From the NCBI GenBank assembly GCA_016748015.1, contig JAAOMT010000529.1, forward strand, positions 4,848 through 68,847: a stretch of DNA of 64,000 nt, written 5' to 3'. The stretch is from Geosiphon pyriformis uo1 (Eukaryota; Fungi; Glomeromycota). Position numbers and translations under genes: made by a program. Within the stretch, counting starts at the first letter, position 1, and each line of letters opens with the position of its first letter. Shown here one piece after another: positions 1 through 12,700 of this stretch. The notes below the pieces were generated by a model that was not told the origin of the DNA, searched no databases, and saw only the letters and a program-made list of their open reading frames with translations.

Positions 1-995
1 GTTTATGCTTTAATTAATGTTTTTAAAATTCAATAACAGATATGTTTGTATTTTTTAGTAATTATTTATTTAACAGTACTGTTCAAAAATTAACTATATA
101 TTAAGAAAGAAAATTAAGACTTTTTATTTTACATGTTTAAATTAAAAGATATAAGAACATTAAGTTACTGATTCTTAGACTATAAATTATTGATCAATTA
201 ATTAATTACATTCATAACTAATTCTAAAATAGAGTGGCTTATATGTATAACTAAATATAATTGAATAATTAATAAAAATAAAAAAATTGAATCAAAACAC
301 TATAATTTATTTATTAAAAACAACATACCTGTAAGCTGCAATTATTTTAAAACTGAAGTTAAAAATAATCAACCCAAGTTTGAATTTAAATACAATTAAA
401 CAACCAGTAAATAAAACTGATTAATTTTTTTTAAGCTAATAATTCTAAAAATATTTTATTATCTGTTTTTAATTGAAAATTAAAGCAAACAATCTGAATG
501 GATTGCAATATATAATTTAACAAAATTGCTGTTTTAAATGCACAGTTATCAAAAATAATTATTTTAATTCTATCGTTAATTACTTCTATAATATTATCTA
601 ATTGTGTAATATAACTAATGCAAAAATGCAAAAAAAAATTCCAAAAATTTGAAGTTGGAAACTAGTTTTTAAAGTAGAAAATATATAGTTGTTATTTACA
701 GTATATTGAATTTTTAGACAAATTTCACAAATATTATCAACAATTTTTGTTTAACAAAAACAAACAAAAACAATATTTTGCCAAAATTAATTTATTTGTA
801 AAAACTGTTTTATTTCATATAATGTCCAATATTATTAAAGTTATCTATCATAATATATGTATTTAAAAGATTTATTCAACTAAAATTGTCTAAAATTTAA
901 AAATTCATGCCAAGTTACATTCACAAATTAAACAACTCTAATTTTACTCTAATCGAATGCAAAAAATTGAAATTAAATGCGTTAAAAACGCAAAT

Positions 996-1849
996 NNNNN
1001 NNNNNNNNNNNNNNNNNNNNNNNNNNNNNNNNNNNNNNNNNNNNNNNNNNNNNNNNNNNNNNNNNNNNNNNNNNNNNNNNNNNNNNNNNNNNNNNNNNNN
1101 NNNNNNNNNNNNNNNNNNNNNNNNNNNNNNNNNNNNNNNNNNNNNNNNNNNNNNNNNNNNNNNNNNNNNNNNNNNNNNNNNNNNNNNNNNNNNNNNNNNN
1201 NNNNNNNNNNNNNNNNNNNNNNNNNNNNNNNNNNNNNNNNNNNNNNNNNNNNNNNNNNNNNNNNNNNNNNNNNNNNNNNNNNNNNNNNNNNNNNNNNNNN
1301 NNNNNNNNNNNNNNNNNNNNNNNNNNNNNNNNNNNNNNNNNNNNNNNNNNNNNNNNNNNNNNNNNNNNNNNNNNNNNNNNNNNNNNNNNNNNNNNNNNNN
1401 NNNNNNNNNNNNNNNNNNNNNNNNNNNNNNNNNNNNNNNNNNNNNNNNNNNNNNNNNNNNNNNNNNNNNNNNNNNNNNNNNNNNNNNNNNNNNNNNNNNN
1501 NNNNNNNNNNNNNNNNNNNNNNNNNNNNNNNNNNNNNNNNNNNNNNNNNNNNNNNNNNNNNNNNNNNNNNNNNNNNNNNNNNNNNNNNNNNNNNNNNNNN
1601 NNNNNNNNNNNNNNNNNNNNNNNNNNNNNNNNNNNNNNNNNNNNNNNNNNNNNNNNNNNNNNNNNNNNNNNNNNNNNNNNNNNNNNNNNNNNNNNNNNNN
1701 NNNNNNNNNNNNNNNNNNNNNNNNNNNNNNNNNNNNNNNNNNNNNNNNNNNNNNNNNNNNNNNNNNNNNNNNNNNNNNNNNNNNNNNNNNNNNNNNNNNN
1801 NNNNNNNNNNNNNNNNNNNNNNNNNNNNNNNNNNNNNNNNNNNNNNNNN
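996..1849. other. Assembly gap (Ns)
   Basis: Run of N. Further gaps at 2702-2721 and 46183-46356. Confidence 0.99.
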
Positions 1850-2700
1850 CCACTTAAATTCCAGTTCTCAAACAATTCAACCATATCACTATTATTTCCT
1901 TGTTCGATCGGATGAAAGATAACAGGTATTCGGGACGATGGTTGTATGTGTACATGTGTGGCCTCACCAATTATCGCCAGGTCATCATCATCCAGTTCAA
2001 ATTCATCTGATTTTGTTTGTCGCCTCGGGGAATCAAATCCATGATCTGATGTAAAATCTGATCCTCGTTATGGACTTTCTTCACCACCTTGGATATTTGG
2101 GATACTATACAAGGTTAATGGATGAGGTCTTGTTAAAAAAGTTTGATCAGCTATTGGTATTGGGCCACGTGGTGATAAGAGTAGTTTGGTGATTCCGAAA
2201 GAGGCTCGTGGTCGTAAAGCTCGATTGCGGCAAAGCCAAAGACCGAAAAATATTAAGCTGATAGCTATAGCTGTAACTAGAACTGAAATAAATACGATTA
2301 GCCAGGTTGGCAATCGTGACTTGAATGATACTTGGTCTTGATTTGATGGTTCTCCAGATATACCGATTTCTTGATTCCGAATATTTGGATCTGCTTCGTC
2401 ATTTTCTGCGTTCATATCCAGATTGTTTATTTTTGGCAGTTTGAAATCGTTGGAAGGAATATTAATTACAATTTTGTGCTCTTGAGTAAAATTACGAAAT
2501 GTCATATTGAAAACCTGGTGTGTGTCCAGGGTATTGCCACATGCTGGTGACATCTTGTAACGAGCATCCACCATAAATCTAGGGATTAATATAATTGGGC
2601 ATAACTTTTTCAAAAAATGGCAGAATTTTTACTTAGGAGAAACGCGTCTGATCCTGAAAACTGAGCAAATGAAGCGTCACACCTTGGTTTCATTCCAGTA
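1850..2700 (-). pseudogene. 3' part of a single-pass membrane protein gene, possibly with a degenerate pepsin-like (A1) ectodomain; disrupted
   Basis: ORF 2068-2613 has a clear TM helix (WLIVFISVLVTAIAISLIFFGLWLC) followed by basic residues. The frame continues past the TAA at 2070-2068 (RGSDFTSDHGFDSPRRQTKSDEFELDDDD...MVELFENWNLS) into the gap. Another in-frame stop lies at 2631-2629. YKMSPAC...FNMTF..KIVINIPSNDF only loosely resembles an A1 protease C-lobe. Confidence 0.5.
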
Positions 2701-2995
2701 ANNNNNNNNNNNNNNNNNNNNATTGATCTTCTTTTTATACCATTCTAGACTCAAAGCTTAAAGCCAAACAACTGTCAGTTAAGGAACTTTCTGTTTTTCT
2801 TATTTTAAATATTATTCTATCTAATCATTACTTTAAATCGGTAACATTTTAAAAATACAATATTAATATAAAGCTAGAAACAATCTATTCATGCAATTAT
2901 TCTTTCGACTATTCCATTTTAAATATCAATTTTAAACATGTATCCTACAAGTCACCTTTCGATTTACCCCGCCAGTAGCTATTGTAAAATTTCCC

Positions 2996-3311
2996 CCACT
3001 TAAATTCCAGTTCTCAAACAATTCAACCATATCACTATTATTTCCTTGTTCGATCGGATGAAAGATAACAGGTATTCGGGACGATGGTTGTATGTGTACA
3101 TGTGTGGCCTCACCAATTATCGCCAGGTCATCATCATCCAGTTCAAATTCATCTGATTTTGTTTGTCGCCTCGGGGAATCAAATCCATGATCTGATGTAA
3201 AATCTGATCCTCGTTATGGACTTTCTTCACCACCTTGGATATTTGGGATACTATACAAGGTTAATGGATGAGGTCTTGTTAAAAAAGTTTGATCAGCTAT
3301 TGGTATTGGGC
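2996..3311 (+). repeat. Exact direct copy of 1850-2165 (316 bp)
   Basis: Identical sequence at offset 1146, on either side of the small gap at 2702-2721. Confidence 0.95.
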
Positions 3312-3773
3312 AAAATTCAATTAAATCATTCTAATTTAAATTTTATCAATGAGAAAAATTAATGAAAACATTAATAAAATGTTAATTAAAAAAATAAATA
3401 ATTTTTTAAATATTGTTGTTTACTTGGTAAACTATATTTTATTTTAAATTTTATTGAGTATTACAATATTTATTATATAAAAAATTTTTTCTTTAAAAAT
3501 TAAATCTTCAATTTTTATAAATTTTGATTTTTAAAACTTTGAAATTTTTAATATTTATAAAAAATTATTAATTAAAACTTTGAAAAAAATTTAAAATTCA
3601 AAATGTTGAATTTTTTCACTAATTTAAAATATATTCGAGTAAAACCAAGTGTTTATATAAAATCTATTAAAATTCTTCTTTAGTCATATTAAGCTTATTA
3701 AAATATTTTACTATATTTCTAATATATATTTTTTAAAATAAATATTACACTTAAAATCTTTTTTAATTTGAAA

Positions 3774-3974
3774 TTATGTTGTTTCAATTATATTTTTGTT
3801 TTCAAAGTTTTGAAAATATTTTTTTGATATAATTACAACATTTAAATATCCAGAAAAATGACCGGGTGGCTGATCACGTGTAGCAAAGGCATGAGCCACA
3901 CCTATTTTTTGCCATATGTTATAGGTAGTGGTTGAACCACACTCGTTAATGCAAATTAAATCATCTGAACACAT
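3774..3974 (-). other. Possible upstream exon fragment of the membrane-protein gene
   Basis: GC-richer island on the same strand, translating as CSDDLICINECGSTTTYN...PPGHFSGYLN, loosely like the N-lobe C..C..Y segment of pepsin-like proteins. No DTG motif seen. Confidence 0.25.
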
Positions 3975-5364
3975 TTAAAACTTTTTATTTTTATTTCAAA
4001 AGAAATTATATTTCACTTGATTGGCTATATTTTAATCAGCATAAAAAAAAGATTACTGAATAAATGTAAAAAAAGACAATTTAGAAAATAAGAATATCAT
4101 ATACAAATATATTTAAAAAAAGAAACCTGAGTTCAAAAAAAATTAGGTTATGAACTTGTTTTTATTATGTAAATCCAAAAAATAAACTAAAGCAACAAGA
4201 ATATTTTTTCAAATTTGAAAAATTTTAATTTAAGAGATTTTAATTAAACTTGTTTTTTCAAAAAAATCTATAAATATTAGAAGTTGGTCAAAATATCTTA
4301 ATTAAGAATTAATGTTGAAGTCGGATTAAAAAATTTTTTAGAGAAACGAATTTATAGTATTAGAACTCTTAATATTATTTCAATTTAAAGTATATGCTAA
4401 TCTCAATATAATTTAAAATAAAGATTTATTAATAGATTGCTTTAAAATCATTTTTTTTTTTGCAAATGCTTGAAAAAACAAACGATTATTTTATCTAATT
4501 CAGTAGAGTTTTGATATTGATTAATTCTCTGATTCTATGTAGTAAACTTCTTTTTCAAATAACATTTTTAAAGCAGAATTCATTCAGCTTTTAAAAGTTT
4601 GGAAAATTTATATTTACATATAACAGGCTGTATAATATATTTTAAATTATATTATATATAGTAGTTTTTAAATTTACTTTATAAAAAATCAACATATTAA
4701 ACTTTTTATTTAATAGTTTTTAACATTTAAATATCATCTATTTTGAATCAATCTAATTTGAAATATAATAAATAAATTGATATTTTATTGAGTCTAACAC
4801 TCTAACAAATATCCCATTTATTGACCAACTACAATAAAATTGCTTTAGATCTTAATATTCTGATAGTCAGAAAAAAGAGTAAATATTAAAAATATCAAGT
4901 TTCTTCATTTATTAATTAATAATCTAGTTTTTCTTTTGAATTTTGATTTCCTTATTGAAAATAGTGTAAGCTTTTGTAGTCATTGTTTTAAAAATTTCTC
5001 CTAAAGTTAAAACATAAGTGTGATAAATCTTTTTGTAATCCATTTTATAAATGTCACTAAAAATCACAAACTTCGATGAAACAAAAGCTTTTGTCGAGGT
5101 AAAATAATAATTTTGGCTAAAAGCTACTTACATATGTTAAGGGCTAATAATTGAGTAAATTAAGATTCGAGAATTAGAATTACGAACTATTAAACAAAAA
5201 TTTCAATACGAGATTCTTCAATTTTAGGAATTGCTTGTAAGTTTTACCGCTTTAGAGACCTAGATTTTTTCCCTCCTTGGTTATTTTAAGTTGGTCTTAA
5301 GATTTATGAACTTTTTTGATTTTAGGTGGAAAAAGTTTAAAATTTATATCTAATATTCTCCTTA

Positions 5365-6544
5365 ATTTTTTATTGAAAGAATGTTTTAATTGCAAGAAAG
5401 CTTAGATAGAGAACCAATTAATTGTCAAACAAAATGATACAGCACCAACATTCACCGTTTGCTTTGTTAACATCGATAAAGTCAATAGATTTTGCGTATA
5501 CATGGATATTATAATCTGTAGAAGCCCTATATGAAAAATAATAAAAACAATAAAAATATTATTTTGCAAAGTATGTAGACAGCTTGACTTTGCAAATTCA
5601 TCGTGAATTAAAAAGGCGAAAAAAGCTAATCAATAAAATTCTAATAAGGAAATATTGCAATAGCCTCAAAAATTACGTAATCCTTGTTTATTTATGTTTT
5701 TATTTAGTAAAAGGAATATGACTAATTATATATTGTCTTGCCGACGCGGCTTATAAAAGTCTGTAATCTAAATAATAATATAGCTCAGCATTCTTGCTTA
5801 GCAAGTTTTACTTTTTAAATTAATAGCTCAAGAAGAACCAACGTCTAAGAGATAAAAAAAAGTTATTCTGCCCGAAAAAGAAATACTCTGCCTTAATCTC
5901 TGAATAAGCTAATTAAAAAAGATAAAAAATTAAAAATATAAAACTTTTAACTATGGAAACCGTGAGTTATTGCCAGTAATCTCAAAACCTGAAGATTAAG
6001 ATTATCGTTAGTTTAATATGTTTTTTGCTATTTCAAATCAGAAAAGTAATTCAATCAATCTGTACCTTAAAATCAAATTGGTATATGTCATTTTACTAGA
6101 GCAATCAAAATGGTCTAGATTCAAAGCCACAGATAGTGGCTTCATTCTGTTACTATGAAAAATTGAGGTTCAAAGCCTCAAAGGCTTTGCTCCAGAATTT
6201 CAATGGTAGTCTTTAGCGTAAAAACGTGCTAGATTGGAACATTTTTTAGTTAGATCAAAATAATAAAGAATATACTAAAGTTGCCTGGCATTTCAAATAA
6301 CGATATTGCGTTAAGAGCGAAGTTCATCTCAAATATGGAAATATTTTTGCTACTCTGAAAAGAGGATGAATAGTTAATACTCTGTTTAAGCATTAGTGTT
6401 ATGCCTGAATTTCTTGGGGAACCTGAAATTTGAAAGGTATAAAAAGAATCATTGCCTTCTCAACAAAGATTTCACTTTAATAACTTTAAAATCCTTCCTG
6501 GAAATTTAATATAAATTTTTAAATTCATATAAAGAGTACCTTAG
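5365..6544 (+). promoter_or_regulatory. Conserved upstream region of secreted-peptide gene A, with TATA box at 6438-6444
   Basis: Collinear with 25687-26900 in inverted orientation. Shares TATAAAAAGA, the palindrome CTTGCT(T/A)AGCAAG and blocks such as GACAGCTTGACTTTGCAAATTCATC. Confidence 0.7.
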
Positions 6545-6862
6545 ATGGCAAAGAAAGCTCTTATAATATCTGTCTTTTTTTATTCTGCCCTTCTCGCCTT
6601 TACTGGGACGGTTTCGGCCCATGAAAAACGCGAAGGTGGTAATGGAAACAATAATGAAAGTGGTAATCAACGTGGTAGCCTCCCCAGTGATGGCCTCAAA
6701 AATATTTGCTCTTGCAATTACTTATCAGACAAATACGGAATTGGTAACATCAATGAGGGTTGCTTCAGAGGAGATCATTCTGGTCCTTGGCTTTACTATC
6801 AGAACGGAAATGATGAAAATCGTATATATCGCTGTAACTTGAATCGGAGTAACTTCGCTTAA
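6545..6862 (+). CDS. Small secreted protein A (105 aa): signal peptide, KR site, Asn/Gly-rich then 4-Cys region; KEP-like precursor, probably truncated from an ancestral ORF ending at 7097
   Basis: MAKKALIISVFFYSALLAFTGTVSA|HEKR-EGGNGNNN. Downstream remnants read LERR*GDNENNNGSG and DFNRGWSNNLKRDAVAYADFPSA* (7026-7097). Paralogous to 25300-25686. Confidence 0.75.
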   Translation: MAKKALIISVFFYSALLAFTGTVSAHEKREGGNGNNNESGNQRGSLPSDGLKNICSCNYLSDKYGIGNINEGCFRGDHSGPWLYYQNGNDENRIYRCNLNRSNFA

Positions 6863-7993
6863 CGGTAATAGCATCGGTGATTGGAGTCCTTACTATGAGA
6901 AGGATTAGCTCGAAAGACGCTGAGGGGATAATGAAAACAATAATGGAAGTGGTGACCCCAGAAGCGATAGCACAATAACTTAATGAATAGAATCAGTCTC
7001 GGTAGAAAAGAGGTAAAAAAATTGTGACTTCAATCGCGGGTGGTCTAACAACTTGAAAAGAGATGCTGTCGCATATGCAGATTTTCCTAGTGCTTAAAAA
7101 GTTTATTATAGATCAAGTTTTTAAATTCTCTTAGCTGTACATACTACCTTATTCATGTAATTACTTAAATTATATCATTTCTTACAAGGAAATTATTTTA
7201 CCTGAATTAGCATATTATATATTAATTATAACAATATTTTATAATATTTTTAAAATATTTAATAAAGTCAATATATAGCTTTTAAGCAAATTATTAAATT
7301 ATTTTTTTTAATAAAATATTTTACTTGTTATATTATTATTTTATTAAATATAAAGTTTAAATTTTTAGCTTCAATAAAAAAATATAAACTTTTTTTCTCA
7401 TTTTTTTTTTGTAAATTCGAATAAGCGACAGATCGAATTAAATGATTTCATTTATAATAGTTATTTTCGATATATAAAGCGCGAATCTAATCTTCTTTAA
7501 TAGGCGAAGCTAGTGAATACAGAAACGGAGCCTCTCGCTTCGAATATCTAAAGTCGAGGACTCGAAAAGTTATATGCGAAGTACACTTCAAAATACAGCT
7601 GAAAAAATATTCCTGAAGCTCAAATGTATTAATTTTTTGCAATATTTTAACACGCTAGATTTCATTATCTTTTAAGTATTTAAAAATTTTATTACTAAAT
7701 ATAATTATGCAATCAAAAATATTTGGATGTAGTTTGTTTTTCCTAAATCCTTTATTTTTCTTGTTGTTGCTTTTGTTCGTTTAGGCAGCGAGATATAGTT
7801 AAACTTGTGTAGCGAATAATAGTTTGATGAATAATGACACTTTATGATTTGTTAACATAGAAAATTAGCCTAAATAGGGAATCTACCTTTAAAAAATTAC
7901 TTTCTAAATGTACTATTCATAGAAGCTTTAAAAAAGACTTCTTTGAATTGTAACCCATTCACATTTTATAATTTATCCACATTTATCCACATA

Positions 7994-8409
7994 ATGAATT
8001 TAAAGAACTCATCCATATGCTCATGATTGTACCGAATGTAAACGGTGTCAAGATGGTATTCAAAACAATAGTGAGAATAAGTGTAGACCATGCTGGTTCT
8101 TATTTTTTGAAAAACTTTATAAGACTTTTCAAAGCGGCAATGACGAAATTGATAAAACAATTAAGAATCAAATTTATAGTAAATATGGTAGTTTGAATCA
8201 CTATGAATGGATTTATGGAAGTGTTTCTAGAATATCAAGGAAATTACTACAGGCGGGTTCAGTATAATTCATAAGCAACCCAAATTGATGGATTAATTCA
8301 TCCTTCAACTATAAAGCATTTTGGTTCAATGGAATATAAAAGACTGGGAAAAAAGGAAGTAGCAATAAAAAGGATGAACAGTTCAGAAGTGTTTAAAGAG
8401 ATAAAAAAC

Positions 8410-8470
<61 letters not shown>

Positions 8471-9420
8471 GTTGTTGTTGTTGTTGTTGTTATTATTATT
8501 ATTTAATTCATATTTACCCATTGTAAATTATCCATTTACTTTTTTATCACTATCTTGATACAAAAAAATTCAAAGAGCTATGTTTATTAATAAGGATAAA
8601 TCCTTTTATCATAGCTCTTCAATATATGGGATTACCCAAAACGCTGAAACACTCGAGTATGGAATTGTGATGGAGTTTGCCGAACATAAAGGCATGCGAA
8701 AATTTTTATTCTTTAAGTTAGTCTGATAAATTATCGATATAGTTTATAGACTTGAAGAAATTCATACTTTTGGTATGGTTCATCATGACTTACACTCGGG
8801 AAACATTACTCTTCTACGGTACAAATTGGAGACCTAGGATTATTTCAACCTACAAACAATGAAGCAACAACAACAAACTCCGTAACAACAATGATAGACA
8901 CAACGACAGGGAAAGATACGAAGGAAAAAAAGATATACGGAGTTTATCCATACATTCCACCAGAAGTTTTAAGAAGAGAAAAATTTACAACGGCTGGTGA
9001 TAGTTATGTTAATATGGGAATTAGGAACAGGAAAGCCTCCCTTTCATGATTGTTCTCATAATAATATTCTTATAATAGCTATTTTAAATGGTCAAAGACC
9101 TAAGATTACCTCCCGAAATAGTTATAAAGTTTTGGGATCCTAAACTTAAGAATTGTCCTAGTGCCAAGTAAGTTGAAAACAAGTTGGAACTTTACTATAT
9201 TTATTTGGTGTATTCATCTAAGAAGTCAACAGAAGAGTCTAAAACCAAGAGTCTTAAAAAGGTACAGTTTTTAGAATCAGATAAACATGTAAAAGAAATG
9301 ATAAAGAACGACTCGGTAACAAACTATTCAACAAAAACAACAAGGACAAAGATAAAGATTCATCCAGGAGCAATTTATACAAGTCGTGTTTTAACTGCAT
9401 AGATATTTTTCTAAAGATTA
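7994..9420 (+). pseudogene. TKL-like kinase K1 pseudogene
   Basis: HDCTECKRC...CRPC, SGNDEID, EVAIK, HHDLHSGN, GDLGL, PYIPPEVL, WELGTGKPPF and IHPGAIYTSR are recognisable but broken by frameshifts and stops. The intron donor is mutated GT>AT at 8401. Confidence 0.9.
8410..8502 (+). repeat. Compound (TAT)n(TGT)n microsatellite in the K1 intron
   Basis: Direct reading; source of the spurious poly-Y/poly-C ORF tail. Confidence 0.95.
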
Positions 9421-9706
9421 GTATTTTTTATTTTATCCTCTTGTTAATTACTTATTTCTTTTACTATCTATTATCTTTAATCCTTAATAGATTTAATCAT
9501 AATCCCTGCTTTAATTTTCCCTTCATGAAATATAATTATTTTGATCTTTTCATAAGTGACATATTTCGATAACCTTTATTATTTTATAAGTTATAAATTA
9601 TATTAGTGATAAAGTTTATTAGATTCATTTCAGTATGTTAAAAAAAATTAGAAAATATATAAATGAAACTTAAATCGTAGTGAAGGTCTTTTATCATATA
9701 ACAATT

Positions 9707-9972
9707 TTTTACTAGGAAATTTCAATCAAACTAAAACTTGAGTTCAAAAGCTTCATTTATAGAATTTGCTTATTTTTACAATAGCTTATTATTGAAAATT
9801 TGCGCATAGTTAAATAAAATGTCAAAAACTGAGACTACTTTTTACTAGGAAATTTCAATCAAACTAAAACTTGAGTTCAAAAGCTTCATTTATAGAATTT
9901 GCTTATTTTTACAATAGCTTATTATTGAAAATTTGCGCATAGTTAAATAAAATGTCAAAAACTGAGACTACT
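9707..9972 (+). repeat. Perfect 2 x 133 bp tandem duplication
   Basis: ACTAGGAAATTTCAATC... begins at both 9711 and 9844. Single copies of a homologous sequence occur in other kinase 3' flanks (about 31570-31700, 41280-41400, inverted). Confidence 0.9.
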
Positions 9973-10619
9973 ATCCAATAAGCAAATTGGCTCCATTTAC
10001 TTTTTAAATCAATCTTGTTCTTATAAATAGAAAAAAGAAAAAAAAGTATAATATCTTTTGTTTTTAGCATTAATATTAAAGGTTTGATTAAAAGTAAAAT
10101 AATCTAAAAAATAAGATAAATAAATTGAAAAATCCAAATTAGGTTTAATTAGATAGAAGATTAACTATTAATATTATTTTAAGCATCTGTAAATTTTTAT
10201 ATTAAATTAATATTATGAATAATAAATAAAACAAATTTATAGATCGATATGCAATAATAAAAATATTAATAAAAATTTAAATAGATATATTCTTTTGCTT
10301 TAAATACTTGATAATATATAAATAATAGAAGTTTTTAATATTTTAATTTAATTGTTTTAATTGACAACACTTAATAAAAAGCAATTATCCTCAAAAAATA
10401 AATCAATATTTACATATATTTATATTTTATTGCATTTTTATCAATAATTTAAATGAATTTATATCATGTATTAATTATTTTTTTAACCAAGTTTAAAATC
10501 AAATAAAACTATGTCATTAATTTTTTTTACAAGTACTTTTAATTTTTAACAATATTATGACTTCTTGTTTTTTGTTGAATATAATAAATTAAAAAAAACT
10601 CTTTTGTTTTTGTAATTTT

Positions 10620-12700
10620 ATAACCTTAATCAGAGCAAAAAATAAAAAAAAAGCAATCACTTTTTTTACTGTTGTTTTATTGAGATTTAATATTCAAAAA
10701 GCTTTTTAGAAGTAAAATCAACTAGGCAGTATTTTTTCAAGTGTTTTTTTTAAATAATATAAACATAAAGTAGTCTTTAACTGCTAGTAAAGTAATTTTT
10801 TGGCTTTAAGTAGAGGTTTTTCTATTAAAGTCTTTTTAAAAAAATTAATTAAAACTAGTTTTAATTTAATTATTATTATCATAAAAAGTTCAAGATTTTT
10901 AATAACAAACCAGTACCCAAGCTACTATTTTTCTTATCAATTCTTCTAATTACTGTTTAAGTAGTTAAAAAACCCACAAAAGCAAAAAAGCAACTTTTCA
11001 ATTTTTTCAAATCTAAGGCATTTATTTTTTTGAGATATTAAAGAAAAGTATTTTTCTTATTATATTCAAAGTAGTATTTTTATTTTAAACTCTGTTTTTT
11101 TTTGTAAAAATAAAACATTAAATTTATTTTGTTTTTTAATTTTTATATTAGCTTTGTAGTAGTTATATCAATTATAGTATTTAATTTAAATCTGGCTGTA
11201 AATAACATTCTTTTTTTTAATTTAAATAATAACAGTAGCAATATATTTGCCAAATTTAGTTATAATTTGTATATAGCTAAATTGCTTAATATACTAAATT
11301 TTATTTGTTTATTATTGGTTTTAAAAGCAAAAAAAAATACATTTTTACATTTAATTTTAATTAATTAACTTATTATGTCATCTAATTTTAAAATTAAATT
11401 AATTAAATAAAAATAAAAACTTTTTTTTTCTGCTTTTGAAAACATTATTGGTTTTGATAATATTTGAAAAATATTTATTAATTGTTAAAAAATTTTTAAA
11501 TAAGTGGTCTTTATTTTAGTGTCTAATAAAGCTGTTAAAATTAAATTGGTTTATGTCAAAACTGTATTTTAATTTTTGCATGTTTTTCTTAATTTGAAAT
11601 CGGTTACTAAAAACAATATTTAGCTTTTTTGTATAAAGTTTGCATTTCACATTTCTTAATTAAGCTTGCTAGATCTTTTTTTTTATTACTCATAAAATTA
11701 CATATTATTCTGTAATATCTGAATTAATTTTTGTTTTTGCTATTGTTGTTTTGTAGAATTTTCTCCTAAAAACAACTATAAAAAATATTAGAAATATTTT
11801 GGATGTTTTTAATATATTTTTTAATATTAAATTAAAACTTGTTAAACAATAACACTATATTATTATTTATTTCAAGTTTTATATGTTTTTGAATGTTATA
11901 TTAATTTATTGATCAAATCTTATAAAAAAAAATGCTAGGATTTTTTTATTATTAATTTAAAAAATACTTTAAAAATTAAATTAATTAATTTTTTTTAGCT
12001 GCATTGTTTTTGAAATTAGCAAGTTAGTTTTCCAAATACATAATAATAATTGTTTATTTTTGTTCTTTAATTCTATTTAATAGTTAAATCTGTTTTTAAT
12101 ATTAAGATTTAAATTACTTGGCTTTTAAATAAAAATGTTTTTATTTTATTTTTTAAACTTCTGTAATAATTTTCAAAGTTATTAAAAATTAGTTTTAATA
12201 ATATATTAATAACAACAAATATTTTTCTATTGGTTAAAAAACTTTTCTTAAGATAATTGTTTTTTGAAAGTTTTAAGCCACAAATATGAAGTTTATGGCA
12301 AATATAACTGTTAAATAATTGGGTAATTTGGTTTTTGTTGTAATTATACAAAATATGGCTGTTTTAATTAAGTTTTTTTATATAAATATAATGTATTTTA
12401 GCCTTGACTGGCTTAAGTAACTGGTTATATGTAAAAAACACATAAGTTATACTTAATTTAAATCTTGTTGTAGTTGTATTATATTAATTAACATAATATT
12501 TTTTTTTTAAAGCGACAAAAAGTGTTTTTTAATTAGCAAAATTATCATTATTGTTATTATATTAAATAATTGAATAAATTTACTATCTGTATAAGTATTA
12601 TAAATTGCTTGAATTTTCTAATAACTGTATTTTTGGTCATTAATTTTCTGTGAAGTTTTTGCTGCTAAAAATATTTGTTGTTATGCATTTTAATTAAAAA
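10620..12700 (+). mobile_element. Heavily eroded TE relic, probably the 5'/ORF1 part of a non-LTR retrotransposon
   Basis: 10620-11050 is homologous to 47740-48170 (CAAGATTTTTAATAACAAACCAGT..AAGCT vs CAAAGTTTTTAATAATAAGCCAGT..AAGCT). Class assignment and right boundary are tentative. Confidence 0.4.

Noticed and set aside
907-1922. Long ORFs of 300-321 aa (and 46177-46371)
   Set aside because: They consist of X residues spanning N gaps.
8329-8526. ORF with poly-Tyr/poly-Cys tail
   Set aside because: Kinase exon read-through into an intronic (TAT)n(TGT)n microsatellite.
9707-9972. 133-bp perfect tandem as a functional element
   Set aside because: Paralogous flanks carry one copy; perfect identity suggests a very recent slip or an assembly artefact.
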